A stretch of 64,000 nt of DNA from an uncultured Defluviitaleaceae bacterium (GCA_964468805.1 CAYXWM010000001.1:3508-67507), one strand, 5' to 3'. Positions 11,251 to 22,381 are shown, counted from the stretch's first letter. Numbers and translations are program-made. The notes: a model not told the origin generated them from the letters alone.

Positions 11251-12336
11251 TTATAACTTTCTTATTTTTGCTACCGTAATAAGCAGTAAGGGTATAATTA
11301 TAAAATAGGCAAGACCGAAGGTGATAAAGCTAAAATCCAAAATAAAACTTACTTGGGGTATGTCCTTGGGGATAAATGAAACCAAAAAAACAATTAATAT
11401 TACCGCAAAAATATAGACGGTGTGAGTGCCTTTTTTTACCAAGTCTTTTAAAATTACCGAGGAAAAGAACAGACCGGCGTTTACTATGGCAAAGACTGAA
11501 ATAATCCAAAAGCTCATAATATAGGCTTCCTGGCGTTCTATAAAAGAACCCGGCATATCAATGGTATCCATGATTTCTATTACCGGATAAGTCTGCCTAA
11601 TAACGTCAAAGGGACCGAATTTACCTATGGTTATAACCGTTATAAACACCATTAACAGTCCTATAGCAACTACGGCTTGGATAGTGGCTCTGCGAACACG
11701 ATTGGGTCTTTGCATATAAGGAAAAACCAGAAGTATAAATTCCAATCCGGTAAATGCTATACCGGAATAAAATCCGCCCTTTATCAAGTTTTCCGGCTTT
11801 GTTACCAGTACCGGAAAAATATTGGATAACTGAACGTCTATGGCGCCCAGCAAAAAAATAATAATCAGTGGAATGAAAATAATAAATATAAGTATTTCGG
11901 CTATACGTCCCCGGGCTTCGTAACCCTTAGCCGCCGCATATCCGCTGACAAACAGCATAGCAATACAAATAACCCAAAAGGGCGTGTTGCTTAACATGGT
12001 CTGCTTTATTATTTCTCCGAAAAAACGCAATTCCATGGAAATATTTATTATTATTTTAACCAAAAGGCCCAACACAACTATCCAAGACAAAGGCTTGCCC
12101 AGTATTTTTCCCGTATATGAAACAAAACCCTCTTTTGGAAACATGGAGCCTATGGTTGCAATTAAATAAGCATAAACCACGGCAAGTAAAGTAGCTATGA
12201 TAATTACTATCCATCCGTCTTGCTGTGCAAACTCCGCTACCCTACGGGGTAAGACTATAACACCGGTTCCGAATATATCCAAAATCAGCAGAACCTGTAG
12301 CTGTCTTACCGAGATTTTATCGTTTAAGAAAAGCAT
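11251..12336 (-). CDS. Ger(x)B spore germination permease
   Basis: KISVRQL..GTG...LP, QDGW and FIER motifs; polytopic membrane protein. Confidence 0.9.
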   Translation of the reverse strand: MLFLNDKISVRQLQVLLILDIFGTGVIVLPRRVAEFAQQDGWIVIIIATLLAVVYAYLIATIGSMFPKEGFVSYTGKILGKPLSWIVVLGLLVKIIINISMELRFFGEIIKQTMLSNTPFWVICIAMLFVSGYAAAKGYEARGRIAEILIFIIFIPLIIIFLLGAIDVQLSNIFPVLVTKPENLIKGGFYSGIAFTGLEFILLVFPYMQRPNRVRRATIQAVVAIGLLMVFITVITIGKFGPFDVIRQTYPVIEIMDTIDMPGSFIERQEAYIMSFWIISVFAIVNAGLFFSSVILKDLVKKGTHTVYIFAVILIVFLVSFIPKDIPQVSFILDFSFITFGLAYFIIIPLLLITVAKIRKL

Positions 12337-12340
12337 TCAA

Positions 12341-13861
12341 TCACTCCTTCTTATGCTTGTTTCCGCTTTGTTTCACACGCAAACGGGTGGTATTGTCCGG
12401 ATTGGAAAAAATAGGCCTTTTTTTCATCATAAACAAAGGCATTCTGAAAATGCTGTCCTTAAGGTCGGTGTAACCGTTGGTTTCGGAGGATGAAAAGGGA
12501 AAAACATAAGGTATACCAAAGCTTTTCAAAGTCACCAAATGTATAAGTATTAACAATACTGCAATCCAGAAACCAAAGAAGCCCAAGCAGGATGATAAGA
12601 ATATAATTAAATATTTTAAGATTCTGAAGGCATTAACCAAACTAATGTGAGGAATAACAAAACCGCATATTCCCGTAATGGCTACCACAATTACAACTAT
12701 GGGGCTGACCAAACCGGCTTCAACTGCGGCTTGACCGATAATAATACCTCCTACTATACCGACGGTACTGCCTATGGGCGACGGCAGTCGTATACCTGCC
12801 TCTCTCAATAACTCAAAAGCTATTTCCATCAATATAATTTCAAATACGGCAGGAAAAGGCACAGTTTGCCTTGCACCTGCCATTTTAAATACAAGTTGGG
12901 ACGGTATCATAGACGGATGATAGACCGCCATAGCCAAGTATAGCCCCGGTAAGGTCAGAGCCGCAAAACCGGCAATAAACCTAAGAGCCCTAATTAACGA
13001 AGAAATTTCCCAGCGTTGATTATAATCATCCGGGCTTTGATAAAAGGTATTTAAAGTGGCAGGAATAATCAATACAAAGGGCGAATTATCCACAACTATA
13101 ACTATTCGTCCCTCCAAAAGGGCTGCCGCCGCTTTATCCGGTCTTTCGGTTACTTGAGCCTGAGGAAAAGGCGAACGCCAGTCCTCCTCTATAAGTTGTT
13201 CTACATATCCGCTGTCTATAATGCCGTCAATATCGATATTATTTAAGCGTTTAATGGATTCTTCAAGTATTTTCGGTCTGACCAGACCGTCCATGTAAAT
13301 TACGGCAATGTCGGTTCTTGTTCTTCTGCCTATTTGCATTTGTTTTAGTTTTAAAGCGGTATCCCTGATTCTGCGTCTGATGAGCATGGTATTTATACGG
13401 AAAACTTCCGAAAACGCTTCCTTGGCACCCTGAACCACTACTTCCGTGTCCGCTGTGGGTACACCACGATTGGGCCAACCCTTGGTTGAAAGAACGACTG
13501 CCTTGGCGTAGCCGTCCACAAACATAAGGGTATCACCGCTGAGAATGCCTTTAACGGCATCGTCCATGTCTTCCGTATCTTTTAAATCTGCTGTGGGAAG
13601 ACCGCCGTTTTTTATTGCCTCGTATATATTTTCTTTGATATCCGCATAAGTAGGAGGAACCTCTCTTATACTGATCATTAAGCTTTTTATTATATGTTCC
13701 GATAAATAATCCTTATCCACCAACATATCAAGATAAAAAAAATATATATCCTTCTTAAAACCCTCACCTATGCTGATTTTGCGTTTTACTACGTCTCCGC
13801 AATCTTTAAACCTTACGTCCAATTCGCTTATATTAACGTCAAGTATACTGCTGATATTCAT
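12341..13861 (-). CDS. Ger(x)A spore germination protein
   Basis: SPFPQ..TERPD, ELLREAGIRLP, IIGQAAVEAGLVSP motifs. Confidence 0.95.
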   Translation of the reverse strand: MNISSILDVNISELDVRFKDCGDVVKRKISIGEGFKKDIYFFYLDMLVDKDYLSEHIIKSLMISIREVPPTYADIKENIYEAIKNGGLPTADLKDTEDMDDAVKGILSGDTLMFVDGYAKAVVLSTKGWPNRGVPTADTEVVVQGAKEAFSEVFRINTMLIRRRIRDTALKLKQMQIGRRTRTDIAVIYMDGLVRPKILEESIKRLNNIDIDGIIDSGYVEQLIEEDWRSPFPQAQVTERPDKAAAALLEGRIVIVVDNSPFVLIIPATLNTFYQSPDDYNQRWEISSLIRALRFIAGFAALTLPGLYLAMAVYHPSMIPSQLVFKMAGARQTVPFPAVFEIILMEIAFELLREAGIRLPSPIGSTVGIVGGIIIGQAAVEAGLVSPIVVIVVAITGICGFVIPHISLVNAFRILKYLIIFLSSCLGFFGFWIAVLLILIHLVTLKSFGIPYVFPFSSSETNGYTDLKDSIFRMPLFMMKKRPIFSNPDNTTRLRVKQSGNKHKKE

Positions 13862-14211
13862 GTCTTCACCGTCATTTCTTAAATGAAAATTTCGTAAAAC
13901 CTTGATAACTATAACCAAAAAATAAACCCTATGAAACTAAAAGGTTCTTTTGAACGCTCTATATAAACCTAATTTTGTAAATCTAAAGCCTAATAAACTT
14001 ATACTATTATTTTGATTTATTTCTAGATTTATGCATAGGTCAAACCGGTTCGCCCAAAGTTTCAAACATACCTAAATAAATTTCAACAGTATGTACGTAA
14101 ATTCAGCCTATATTAAATCCTCAGTGGATTTTACATAAAAAAACAACCTCTCTGCAAAAGAAAGGTTGTCTCAAAAAAATTCCCTACCCCGAGGTAGGGA
14201 GTTTCAGTATA

Positions 14212-15447
14212 TTATACATTATTGGGCAGAACCAAATGTCTGGGTAAACCGTCAGCCATTATGGGTTGCAATTCTCCTTGAATTAATGGGTAAACATAGT
14301 CGATAAAGTCTTTGGTAACGTTAGTTCCGCATTTTGAAATCCAGTCTGCGGGGATAATACGTTCTGCGTTGGCTATTTCGTTTACGTCGTGAGTGCCGGT
14401 TGTTATATCGTAGGGGTCGTTGGATAAACGTTTAAAGATAATCATTTTTGCTGTTTCGCCGTCAAATGCAGCTCTTACAGCTTGAGCACCGGCAATAAAC
14501 GCTTCGTTAACGTCGGTTAAGGAAACAAGGTGAGATGCACAGCGTTGCAAAGTGCTGAATTCTATACTGCGTGTTTTGCTTCCCAAACGATGGGAAACCA
14601 ACTCGGAAAGTACACAAGCTGTACCGCCCAAAGCTTTGTGACCGAAAGAGTCTTGAGAAACGCTGTCTTTGCCCATTTCGCAAATATATTTACCGCTATC
14701 GGTTTTAATACCTTCGGAAACTGCAATAACCAGGGATTTTTTCTCTTTTTGACGTTCTTTAATTTGTTCGATAAATTTTTCCGGGTCAAAGCTGAGTTCC
14801 GGAAGGAAGATCATATCAGGACCGTCACATTCTTCGGTTTTTGCCAAAGCCGCCGCCGCTGTTAACCAGCCGGCGTTTCTTCCCATAATTTCTACTATGG
14901 TAACGTTGTTTACATCATAAACTCTGCCGTCTCTGATAATTTCCTTCATAACAGCGGCGATGTATTTGGATGCTGAACCGAAACCGGGAGTATGGTCTGT
15001 CATGGCCAAATCGTTATCTATAGTTTTGGGTACACCCATAAAGTTAATTTTTTGATTTGTAGCCTTGGCGTAATGGGACAACTTTTTAATGGTATCCATG
15101 GAATCGTTGCCGCCGATGTAGAAGAAATGTTCAATTTCCAATTTGTTAAGCTTTTTAAATATTTCAACAAATATTTCTTCATTTTTTTCGGGATCCGGCA
15201 GTTTGAATCTGCAAGAACCCAGATAAGATGAAGGCGTGCGTTTAAGCAACTCTATGTCAAGACCGCTTGTTATATGTTGAGACATATCAACAAATCTGTC
15301 ATCTAAAAATCCTTGTATACCGTTTCTCATTCCGTACACGGTTTTGGCATTTCTGTCTTTTGCGGTTTTAAAAACACCTGCCAAACTGGAATTGATTACT
15401 GCTGTAGGTCCGCCGGATTGCCCCACGATTATATTGCCTGTTAACAT
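14212..15447 (-). CDS. 6-phosphofructokinase, probably PPi-dependent
   Basis: QSGGPT, GGNDS, PKTIDND, EIMGRNAGW. Confidence 0.9.
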   Translation of the reverse strand: MLTGNIIVGQSGGPTAVINSSLAGVFKTAKDRNAKTVYGMRNGIQGFLDDRFVDMSQHITSGLDIELLKRTPSSYLGSCRFKLPDPEKNEEIFVEIFKKLNKLEIEHFFYIGGNDSMDTIKKLSHYAKATNQKINFMGVPKTIDNDLAMTDHTPGFGSASKYIAAVMKEIIRDGRVYDVNNVTIVEIMGRNAGWLTAAAALAKTEECDGPDMIFLPELSFDPEKFIEQIKERQKEKKSLVIAVSEGIKTDSGKYICEMGKDSVSQDSFGHKALGGTACVLSELVSHRLGSKTRSIEFSTLQRCASHLVSLTDVNEAFIAGAQAVRAAFDGETAKMIIFKRLSNDPYDITTGTHDVNEIANAERIIPADWISKCGTNVTKDFIDYVYPLIQGELQPIMADGLPRHLVLPNNV

Positions 15448-15776
15448 TGGATTACACTCCTCGTATGTATTATGTAAAATACCGGGTATTCTGTTTTGTT
15501 AACAGTATAGCAAAATAATAATAAAATTCAAGTGAAATCCTAAAAATAATTGAATAATACAAAAAATTCTTGAGGATTTTCCGGTTTGATTAATTTATAT
15601 TCAGGGAAAATTTAAAAAAACTACAAAGTATTTTACTTGAATATATTGGTAACTTAATTTATAATTAGAAATAATCATGCAAGTTACAAATACCGAAGTA
15701 TCAATATATAGATTTACTTTCGGTTATAATAAACTTTAACTAACAAGTACGAATATCACTAACGTGAAAAAACAGG

Positions 15777-17516
15777 ATGGTGCATATGAAATATTTGGAA
15801 GCATACAATCAATGGCTTAACGACCCTTTGCTTGACCCGGAAACTCGCTCGGAATTGGCACAATTGTCAGGCAATGATGCGGAAATACAGGATCGTTTCT
15901 TTACCGACCTGGAATTCGGTACCGGCGGATTAAGAGGAATACTGGGTGCCGGCACAAACAGAATGAATATTTATACCGTTCGCAAAGCCACCCAAGGTCT
16001 GGCAAATTATATACTCATGCAAGACGCAAAGGCAAAAAGCATGGGCGTTGCCATAGCTTACGACTCAAGACGCCTCTCCAAGGAATTTGCCATGGAAACC
16101 GCCTTGGTGTTAAACGGCAACGGCATAAAAACCTATCTTTTCAAAGAATTAAGACCTACTCCCATGTTATCCTTTGCAGTAAGATATTTGGGCTGTGTTT
16201 CAGGGGTTGTAATTACCGCCAGCCATAATCCCAAGGAATATAACGGATATAAGGCTTATTGGGCTGACGGCGGTCAGGTTACTTCTCCTCGAGATGTTGA
16301 GATTATCGACGAAGTAAATAAAATAACCGACTTTTCTCAAATTAAAGTAGCCCAAAAAGAAGAAGCGGAAAAGGCAGGTCTTTTTAATCTAATAGAAGAA
16401 GAAACCGACCAAGCTTTTTACAAAGAGGTTCTTGCTCTTTCCGTAAACAAAAATTTGCCCGGTGCAAAGGATATTTGCATAGTCTATACGCCTTTTAACG
16501 GTGCCGGAAATACTCCCGTGAGAGAGGTTTTGAAAGCCGCAGGGTTTACCAATGTACACACCGTAAAAGAACAAACCGAGCCCGACCCGGATTTTACCAC
16601 CATTGGATACCCCAATCCCGAATCCCGCGATGCCTTTGCACTGGCTTTAAAACTTGCCAAGGAAGTCAATGCGGACATTATTTTGGCAACCGACCCGGAC
16701 GCTGACCGTGTGGGTGCGGTAGTAAAACATAATAACGAATACATCTTCCTTACCGGCAATATGGTTGGTCAGTTGCTTACCGAATATATATTGGCAGGTC
16801 GTTCCGCCGGAGGAAATTTACCGGAAAATGCAATGGTTATTTCAACCATAGTATCCACTCGTCTTACCTCCAAAATAGCCGAAAATTACAAGGTTTCTTA
16901 CATGGACGTATTAACAGGCTTTAAACACATAGCCGCACAAATTCTTCAATCCGAATTGTCCGGCGCCGAGAAATTCGTATTCGGCTTTGAAGAAAGCATA
17001 GGCTACCTTGCCGGTACTCACTGCCGTGATAAGGATGCTGTTTCTGCCACCATGTTAATATGCGAAATGGCGGCTCAACTTAAATCACGTAACATGACAT
17101 TAATAGATGCCTTAAACGAACTTTACTCAAAATACGGTTACTCAAAAGAATATACCGAATCCATAACCCTAAAAGGTCTTGAGGGTCTTTCAAACATTAA
17201 AAAGATTATGGCTACTCTGCGTGAAAATCCTCCAACAGAAATAAACGGCTCCAAAGTATCCGTAATGCGTGATTACAGCACGTCAAAAGAATACAATAAG
17301 CTTTCCGGTACTGAGGCGGAAATTAACCTTCCGAAATCCGACGTTCTGTACTACCTTTTGGAAGACCAAAGCTGGGTTTGTGTCAGACCATCAGGTACAG
17401 AGCCTAAAATCAAGGTATACTTTGGCGTTTGCACCAAAAACGAAGAAGAAGCAAATCAACTTATGCAAGCCTTAACGGCTGATATGTTGAAACTGATAGA
17501 TAATAGCTACAATTAA
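15777..17516 (+). CDS. pgm: Phosphoglucomutase/phosphomannomutase
   Basis: FGTGGLRG, TASHNP phosphoserine loop, DPDADR, RPSGTEPKIK; alternative start ATG 15786. Confidence 0.93.
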   Translation: MVHMKYLEAYNQWLNDPLLDPETRSELAQLSGNDAEIQDRFFTDLEFGTGGLRGILGAGTNRMNIYTVRKATQGLANYILMQDAKAKSMGVAIAYDSRRLSKEFAMETALVLNGNGIKTYLFKELRPTPMLSFAVRYLGCVSGVVITASHNPKEYNGYKAYWADGGQVTSPRDVEIIDEVNKITDFSQIKVAQKEEAEKAGLFNLIEEETDQAFYKEVLALSVNKNLPGAKDICIVYTPFNGAGNTPVREVLKAAGFTNVHTVKEQTEPDPDFTTIGYPNPESRDAFALALKLAKEVNADIILATDPDADRVGAVVKHNNEYIFLTGNMVGQLLTEYILAGRSAGGNLPENAMVISTIVSTRLTSKIAENYKVSYMDVLTGFKHIAAQILQSELSGAEKFVFGFEESIGYLAGTHCRDKDAVSATMLICEMAAQLKSRNMTLIDALNELYSKYGYSKEYTESITLKGLEGLSNIKKIMATLRENPPTEINGSKVSVMRDYSTSKEYNKLSGTEAEINLPKSDVLYYLLEDQSWVCVRPSGTEPKIKVYFGVCTKNEEEANQLMQALTADMLKLIDNSYN

Positions 17517-17528
17517 ATTTCAGGAACC

Positions 17529-17570
17529 AAAAAAAACAAACCGCCTAATTAACGGGCAGTTTGTTTTTTT
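17529..17570 (+). terminator. Intrinsic terminator after pgm
   Basis: AAAAAAAACAAAC..GCC...GGC..GTTTGTTTTTTT. Confidence 0.7.
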
Positions 17571-17647
17571 CTTAGAAGACAACGGTAAGCATGTGGGTTT
17601 TAAAAACCTATTAACAGTACCGGCATTACCATGGGAGTATTACGTTT

Positions 17648-17751
17648 TATACTAATTCCAAATAAGATGAAGGACAAATATAATCGTTATTTCCTTGAAC
17701 CGTTGGAAAAATCAATTATTTTTGTCCTCTGTTTAAAATAGAATCAGTATA
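17648..17751. repeat. MITE-like element family A, copy 2
   Basis: Reverse complement of 1517-1621 with a few differences. Confidence 0.85.
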
Positions 17752-17789
17752 ATTACGATATTCATGTTTGTTTGACGGAGGATTTATTT

Positions 17790-18236
17790 ATGCCTACTAA
17801 GGAAAAGCGTGCCGAAATAGTAGAGATTGCAAAACTTCACTATCAAGATTATGAGTATAGACATAGAAACTTTTGGGAAATAGTCTTTAAATCGGTATTG
17901 GCTATAATAAGTATGATAGGTTTGCCGTTTTTTTTGATTAAAGAGACATTTATGATAAATATCTTATATATCTTCCCCATTTTATCTTGCATATTATGTT
18001 TGTTCACAATGTTTTTATTAAAATCAGAAGCTATAAGAATGCAAGCGGTTCGTAACAAATATAAAATATTGCTAGAAACTTTATCCCCGGATTACAAGGA
18101 AATACCCATAGGTGAATTGTCAAAGTTTTCTTTGCTTAAAATCAAGATTACGGCTCAGATACAATTCTTGTATTATTCCCTAATCATTGTCTCGATTTTT
18201 CAAATGGTATTAATATTTACAGGAAGATTCGCATAA
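17790..18236 (+). CDS. Hypothetical small membrane protein
   Basis: GGAGG RBS before ATG 17790; about three hydrophobic segments. Confidence 0.7.
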   Translation: MPTKEKRAEIVEIAKLHYQDYEYRHRNFWEIVFKSVLAIISMIGLPFFLIKETFMINILYIFPILSCILCLFTMFLLKSEAIRMQAVRNKYKILLETLSPDYKEIPIGELSKFSLLKIKITAQIQFLYYSLIIVSIFQMVLIFTGRFA

Positions 18237-18262
18237 GCTATAGGCTTGATTGTAAATTTAGT

Positions 18263-20095
18263 CTACATAGGGTCAGTAAACTGACTGTTATACAAATCTG
18301 CATAGAACCCTTTTTTCTTTAGTAACTCCTTATGATTTCCGCTTTCTATAATATCGCCGTCTTTCATTACCAAAATCAAGTCGGCGTTTTTTATGGTGGA
18401 CAGTCTGTGTGCTATAACAAAAGAAGTTCTGCCTACCATGATTTTGTCCATAGCCTCTTGAATTAAGACCTCTGTCCCAGTGTCAACAGAGCTTGTGGCT
18501 TCGTCCAGAATAAGCATAGGTGCGTTTTGAATCATAGCTCTTGCGATAGTAACCAACTGTTTTTGCCCTTGGGACAAGGCAGTTTTGTCGTTTAAAACTG
18601 TGTTGTAACCTTTGGGTAAGGTTTGAATGAAATGATGCAATCCCACAGCTTTACAGGCAGCTTCAACTTGTTTGTCGCTGACCCCTTCTTTACTGTAAAC
18701 TATATTTTCTTTTAAAGTCCCTTCAAAAAGCCATGTATCCTGTAAAACCATACAAAAACGTTCACGTACATTTTCTCGCTTAACTTCACTTATGGGAGTT
18801 CCGTCCATTAGTATTTCGCCGTCGTTTAATTCATAAAACCGCATAAGCAGGTTTACCAGTGTGGTCTTTCCTGCCCCTGTGGGGCCTACTATGGCTACTT
18901 TTTGCCCGGCTTTAATCTTGGCGGAGAAGTTATTTATAATTATTTTTTCGGGATTGTATCCGAACCTCACATCGCGAAATTCCACATCACCTTTAAAATT
19001 GTCTAGTGTAGCTGTTTTATGGCTTTCGTCCGCCAATTCAGGCTCATCGAGGAATTCAAAGACACGTTCCCCGGCTGCAGCGGTTCTTTGCAAGTTTTGG
19101 CTTGCTTGGGCTATTTGTGATAGGGGTTGAGTAAATAATCGTATATACATCATAAATGCCACAATTACACCAAAGCTGATATGACCATTCATCGCCAATA
19201 CTGCACCTACCACGCAAACCGCAACATACCCGAAGTTCCCGATAAAGTGCATTAAGGGCATCATTAATCCCGATAGAAACTGAGATTTCCAACCGCTGGT
19301 AAACAAATTCTCGTTTATTTTTTCAAAGGTGGTCTTTGCCGCCTTACCTCCGTTATATACCTTAACTATATTGTGTCCCGAAAAAACTTCTTCTATATGT
19401 CCGTTAACAGCACCCAATTCGCTTTGTTGCAATATAAAGTATTTTCGTGATTTTTTCATAATAAGATTCATCAGGATAAATCCGATAAAGCTTGTAGCTA
19501 CAGCAGTCAACGCCATAATGACATTATTATAGAACATCATTACCAGAGAGCCGCCCAGCATGGTAACGGATATTACCAGGGTGCCTACGCTTTGACTTAA
19601 AGTTTGGCTTATGGTATCTACGTCATTGGTCACGCGACTGAGCACATCACCGTGGCTTACCTTATCAAAATATTTTAAAGGCAGTTTGTTAATTTTACTA
19701 AAAATATCGTTACGCATATTTTTTGAAATACGTTGGGTAACCGTTGCCATTATATACGACTGTATAAAACTGAGCACAGTCGAACCTAAGTAAAAGAAAA
19801 CAAGTAAGATACCAATGCCGGAGACTGCATTCATATCTATTGCTCCCATAACCTGCTGACCGTCTATCAAGGCAGGCAATCCTTTGGCGATTTCGTCAGT
19901 CATGTATTTTAACATATTGGGTCCTACAATTTGCAAAATAGTTCCTATAGAAGCCAAAAGAAGTGCCGTAACGATAACAGGCATATGTTTTTTGCAATAC
20001 TTTATGAGTTTCTTCCAAGTTCCCTTTAAATCTTTAGACTTTTCAGTAGAAAAGCCCATACCCCCATGTCTGCCCATAGGTCGGTTTTGCGTCAT
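18263..20095 (-). CDS. ABC exporter, fused permease/ATPase subunit
   Basis: GPTGAGKTT, LSQGQKQ, LILDEATS; N-terminal TMD. Confidence 0.95.
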   Translation of the reverse strand: MTQNRPMGRHGGMGFSTEKSKDLKGTWKKLIKYCKKHMPVIVTALLLASIGTILQIVGPNMLKYMTDEIAKGLPALIDGQQVMGAIDMNAVSGIGILLVFFYLGSTVLSFIQSYIMATVTQRISKNMRNDIFSKINKLPLKYFDKVSHGDVLSRVTNDVDTISQTLSQSVGTLVISVTMLGGSLVMMFYNNVIMALTAVATSFIGFILMNLIMKKSRKYFILQQSELGAVNGHIEEVFSGHNIVKVYNGGKAAKTTFEKINENLFTSGWKSQFLSGLMMPLMHFIGNFGYVAVCVVGAVLAMNGHISFGVIVAFMMYIRLFTQPLSQIAQASQNLQRTAAAGERVFEFLDEPELADESHKTATLDNFKGDVEFRDVRFGYNPEKIIINNFSAKIKAGQKVAIVGPTGAGKTTLVNLLMRFYELNDGEILMDGTPISEVKRENVRERFCMVLQDTWLFEGTLKENIVYSKEGVSDKQVEAACKAVGLHHFIQTLPKGYNTVLNDKTALSQGQKQLVTIARAMIQNAPMLILDEATSSVDTGTEVLIQEAMDKIMVGRTSFVIAHRLSTIKNADLILVMKDGDIIESGNHKELLKKKGFYADLYNSQFTDPM

Positions 20096-21849
20096 TACAC
20101 CTCATCCTCACTCAATTGACTATTTGCAATTTGTCTGTACACTTCACAGTCAGCTAACAATTCCGTATGCTTTCCGCTACCAACCACTTTTCCGTCATCC
20201 AAAACGATTATTCGGTCTGCATCCATTATGGTTCCTATACGTTGAGCCACAATTAAACAGGTAACGCCGGACGTTTCCTGTTTCAGTTTGCCACGCAGAA
20301 CGCTGTCAGTTTTGTAATCCAGAGCAGAAAATGAGTCGTCAAAAATATATATTTCCGGTTTACGACAAATTGCCCTTGCAATGGCAAGACGTTGCTTTTG
20401 ACCTCCGGAGAGGTTTGTTCCGCCTTGAGAAACGGCAGCGTTATAACCCTCATCCATCTTTTCCACAAATTCCGCACCCTGTGCTATTTCAACCGCTTTT
20501 TTAACATCTTCTTCGGTATAATCTTCTTTACCATTTTCGCCAAAGGCGACATTTGAGGTAACCGTACCTTTAAATAATACGGCTTTTTGCGATACATAAC
20601 CGATTTTGTTATGAAGTGCCTCTTGGTTATAGTCTTTAACATTAACTCCCGATACCAAAACTTCACCCTCGGTAGCGTCAAAAAAACGGGGTATGAGATT
20701 GATGAGAGTGGATTTTCCGCTGCCTGTGGCACCGATAAAGGCAATAGTTTCACCTTTTTTGGCTGTAAAACTTATATTACTCAATACATTGTCTCCGCCG
20801 TCCGGATACTTAAAGCTTACGTCTTTAAAGGTTACTTCGCCCTCCAATCCGGGCAATCCTTGGGAAAGATTTCCTTCACGCAAAACAGGCTCGGTATCCA
20901 ACACTTCATTAATACGTTTGGCGGACACGGAGGCTCGAGGCAAAAGGAAAAACATAAAAATAAGCATCATAAATGACATAATAACTTGTATGGCATAGCC
21001 GGAGAATACCACCATATTTGAAAATATGGTCAGTTTTTCAGCGGCTTGTGCCCGGTCTATAAGTACGGCTCCTATCCAGTATATGGCTAAGGATATTCCC
21101 GTCATCAGCATAGACATTACCGGCATCATAACAGCCATGGTACGACCGGTAAACAGATGGGTTTCCGTAAGTTCCTTGTTGGCAACCTCAAATTTTCTTT
21201 CCTGATAATCTTCGGCATTATAAGCACGAACTACACGTAATCCCGAAAGGTTCTCCATTGTTACACGATTAATATTATCCGTAAGGGATTGCATTTTTCT
21301 GAATTTGGGAATAACAAAATACATAATCAAACCAATCATAACCACCATAATTAAAACGGCAACCATGGTAGCCATGGACCATTCAAAGCCTTTTCCGGCT
21401 ATTTTCGTAATGGCCCAAATCGCCATAATCGGTGCTTTTACGATTAATTGTAAGCCCATAGTAACGATAAGTTGTATTTGAGTAATATCGTTGGTTGATC
21501 TGGTAATCAAGCCGGCTGTGGAAAACCGGTTGATTTCCTCCATGGAAAATGACTCCACCTTGTTAAACACGTTGCTGCGTAAGGTTCTGGAAAAGGAAGC
21601 GGCAATTTTTGCAGCAAAAAAACCGACTATAACAGCTGCCGCAAGACTGCCCAAGGCACACAGAAGCATAAGTACGCCGGCTTGCCAAACAGCATCCGGA
21701 GGGCTGTTGGGAGTTTGCACCAGCCGAGTAATTTCAGACATATATTCAGGCAATTTAAGGTCTAGCCAAACCTGCCCGACTATAAAAACCAGGCTCACTA
21801 ATGCTATCAACCATTCTTTTGGATTTAGGTATTTAAAAATTCGAATCAT
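20095..21849 (-). CDS. ABC exporter, fused permease/ATPase subunit (degenerate-site partner)
   Basis: GATGSGKST, LSGGQKQ, non-canonical Walker B YIFDDSFS and AQR switch, typical of heterodimeric exporters. Confidence 0.95.
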   Translation of the reverse strand: MIRIFKYLNPKEWLIALVSLVFIVGQVWLDLKLPEYMSEITRLVQTPNSPPDAVWQAGVLMLLCALGSLAAAVIVGFFAAKIAASFSRTLRSNVFNKVESFSMEEINRFSTAGLITRSTNDITQIQLIVTMGLQLIVKAPIMAIWAITKIAGKGFEWSMATMVAVLIMVVMIGLIMYFVIPKFRKMQSLTDNINRVTMENLSGLRVVRAYNAEDYQERKFEVANKELTETHLFTGRTMAVMMPVMSMLMTGISLAIYWIGAVLIDRAQAAEKLTIFSNMVVFSGYAIQVIMSFMMLIFMFFLLPRASVSAKRINEVLDTEPVLREGNLSQGLPGLEGEVTFKDVSFKYPDGGDNVLSNISFTAKKGETIAFIGATGSGKSTLINLIPRFFDATEGEVLVSGVNVKDYNQEALHNKIGYVSQKAVLFKGTVTSNVAFGENGKEDYTEEDVKKAVEIAQGAEFVEKMDEGYNAAVSQGGTNLSGGQKQRLAIARAICRKPEIYIFDDSFSALDYKTDSVLRGKLKQETSGVTCLIVAQRIGTIMDADRIIVLDDGKVVGSGKHTELLADCEVYRQIANSQLSEDEV

Positions 21850-21879
21850 ATTACCATCCTTTAATTAACGGTATTTATA

Positions 21880-21894
21880 ACTAATATTGTTAGC
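21880..21894. promoter_or_regulatory. Candidate MarR operator upstream of ABC genes
   Basis: Quasi-palindrome ACTAATATTGTTAGC, 13/15 identical to 22367-22381. Confidence 0.5.
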
Positions 21895-21930
21895 TATCCC
21901 TCGAAATTTTAACCACCCGAAAGTGGTTTT

Positions 21931-22347
21931 TTAATTAAGATTTTGTTCTATTTTATGCAGGATACGAACCAACTCTTTTGCATCATACTCGCCCAAGCTT
22001 TTAAGTAACCGGACTGACCTTTGTTTCAGCTCATCTATATGTTCCTCTGCCAGTTTTTTGCCCTTCTCTGTTAGAGTAACTAAAATCTGTCGCCGGTCGT
22101 TTTTGTTTATTTCTCGGGTGACTAATCCTTTATCTTCCAAATTATTCAGTGCCGTAGCCGTCCTTGCCGTGCTTATGGACATTTCGCAGCTTATTTCACC
22201 CGGAATAACAGCTTCTCCGCGTATGAATAAATAATGCAAAATATATTGCCCGCCCTGCAAGGACTCGTTTAATTTCCGCTGTACTCGGTTTTTCTTCAGA
22301 GTATAAAGAGTTCTCATAAAATCGTCGGCTAAATCATTATAATCCAT
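21931..22347 (-). CDS. MarR family transcriptional regulator
   Basis: LEDKGLVTR..NDRRQILVTLTEKG winged-helix motif. Confidence 0.93.
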   Translation of the reverse strand: MDYNDLADDFMRTLYTLKKNRVQRKLNESLQGGQYILHYLFIRGEAVIPGEISCEMSISTARTATALNNLEDKGLVTREINKNDRRQILVTLTEKGKKLAEEHIDELKQRSVRLLKSLGEYDAKELVRILHKIEQNLN

Positions 22348-22366
22348 TCTGTCACCTCCTTATAAT

Positions 22367-22381
22367 ACTAATAGTATTAGC
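22367..22381. promoter_or_regulatory. Candidate MarR autoregulatory operator
   Basis: ACTAATAGTATTAGC immediately upstream of the marR RBS. Confidence 0.5.

Noticed and set aside
9807-13861. Functional link between the Ger operon and the eCIS
   Set aside because: More than 23 kb apart with unrelated genes between; no convincing sporulation-sigma promoter found at the eCIS
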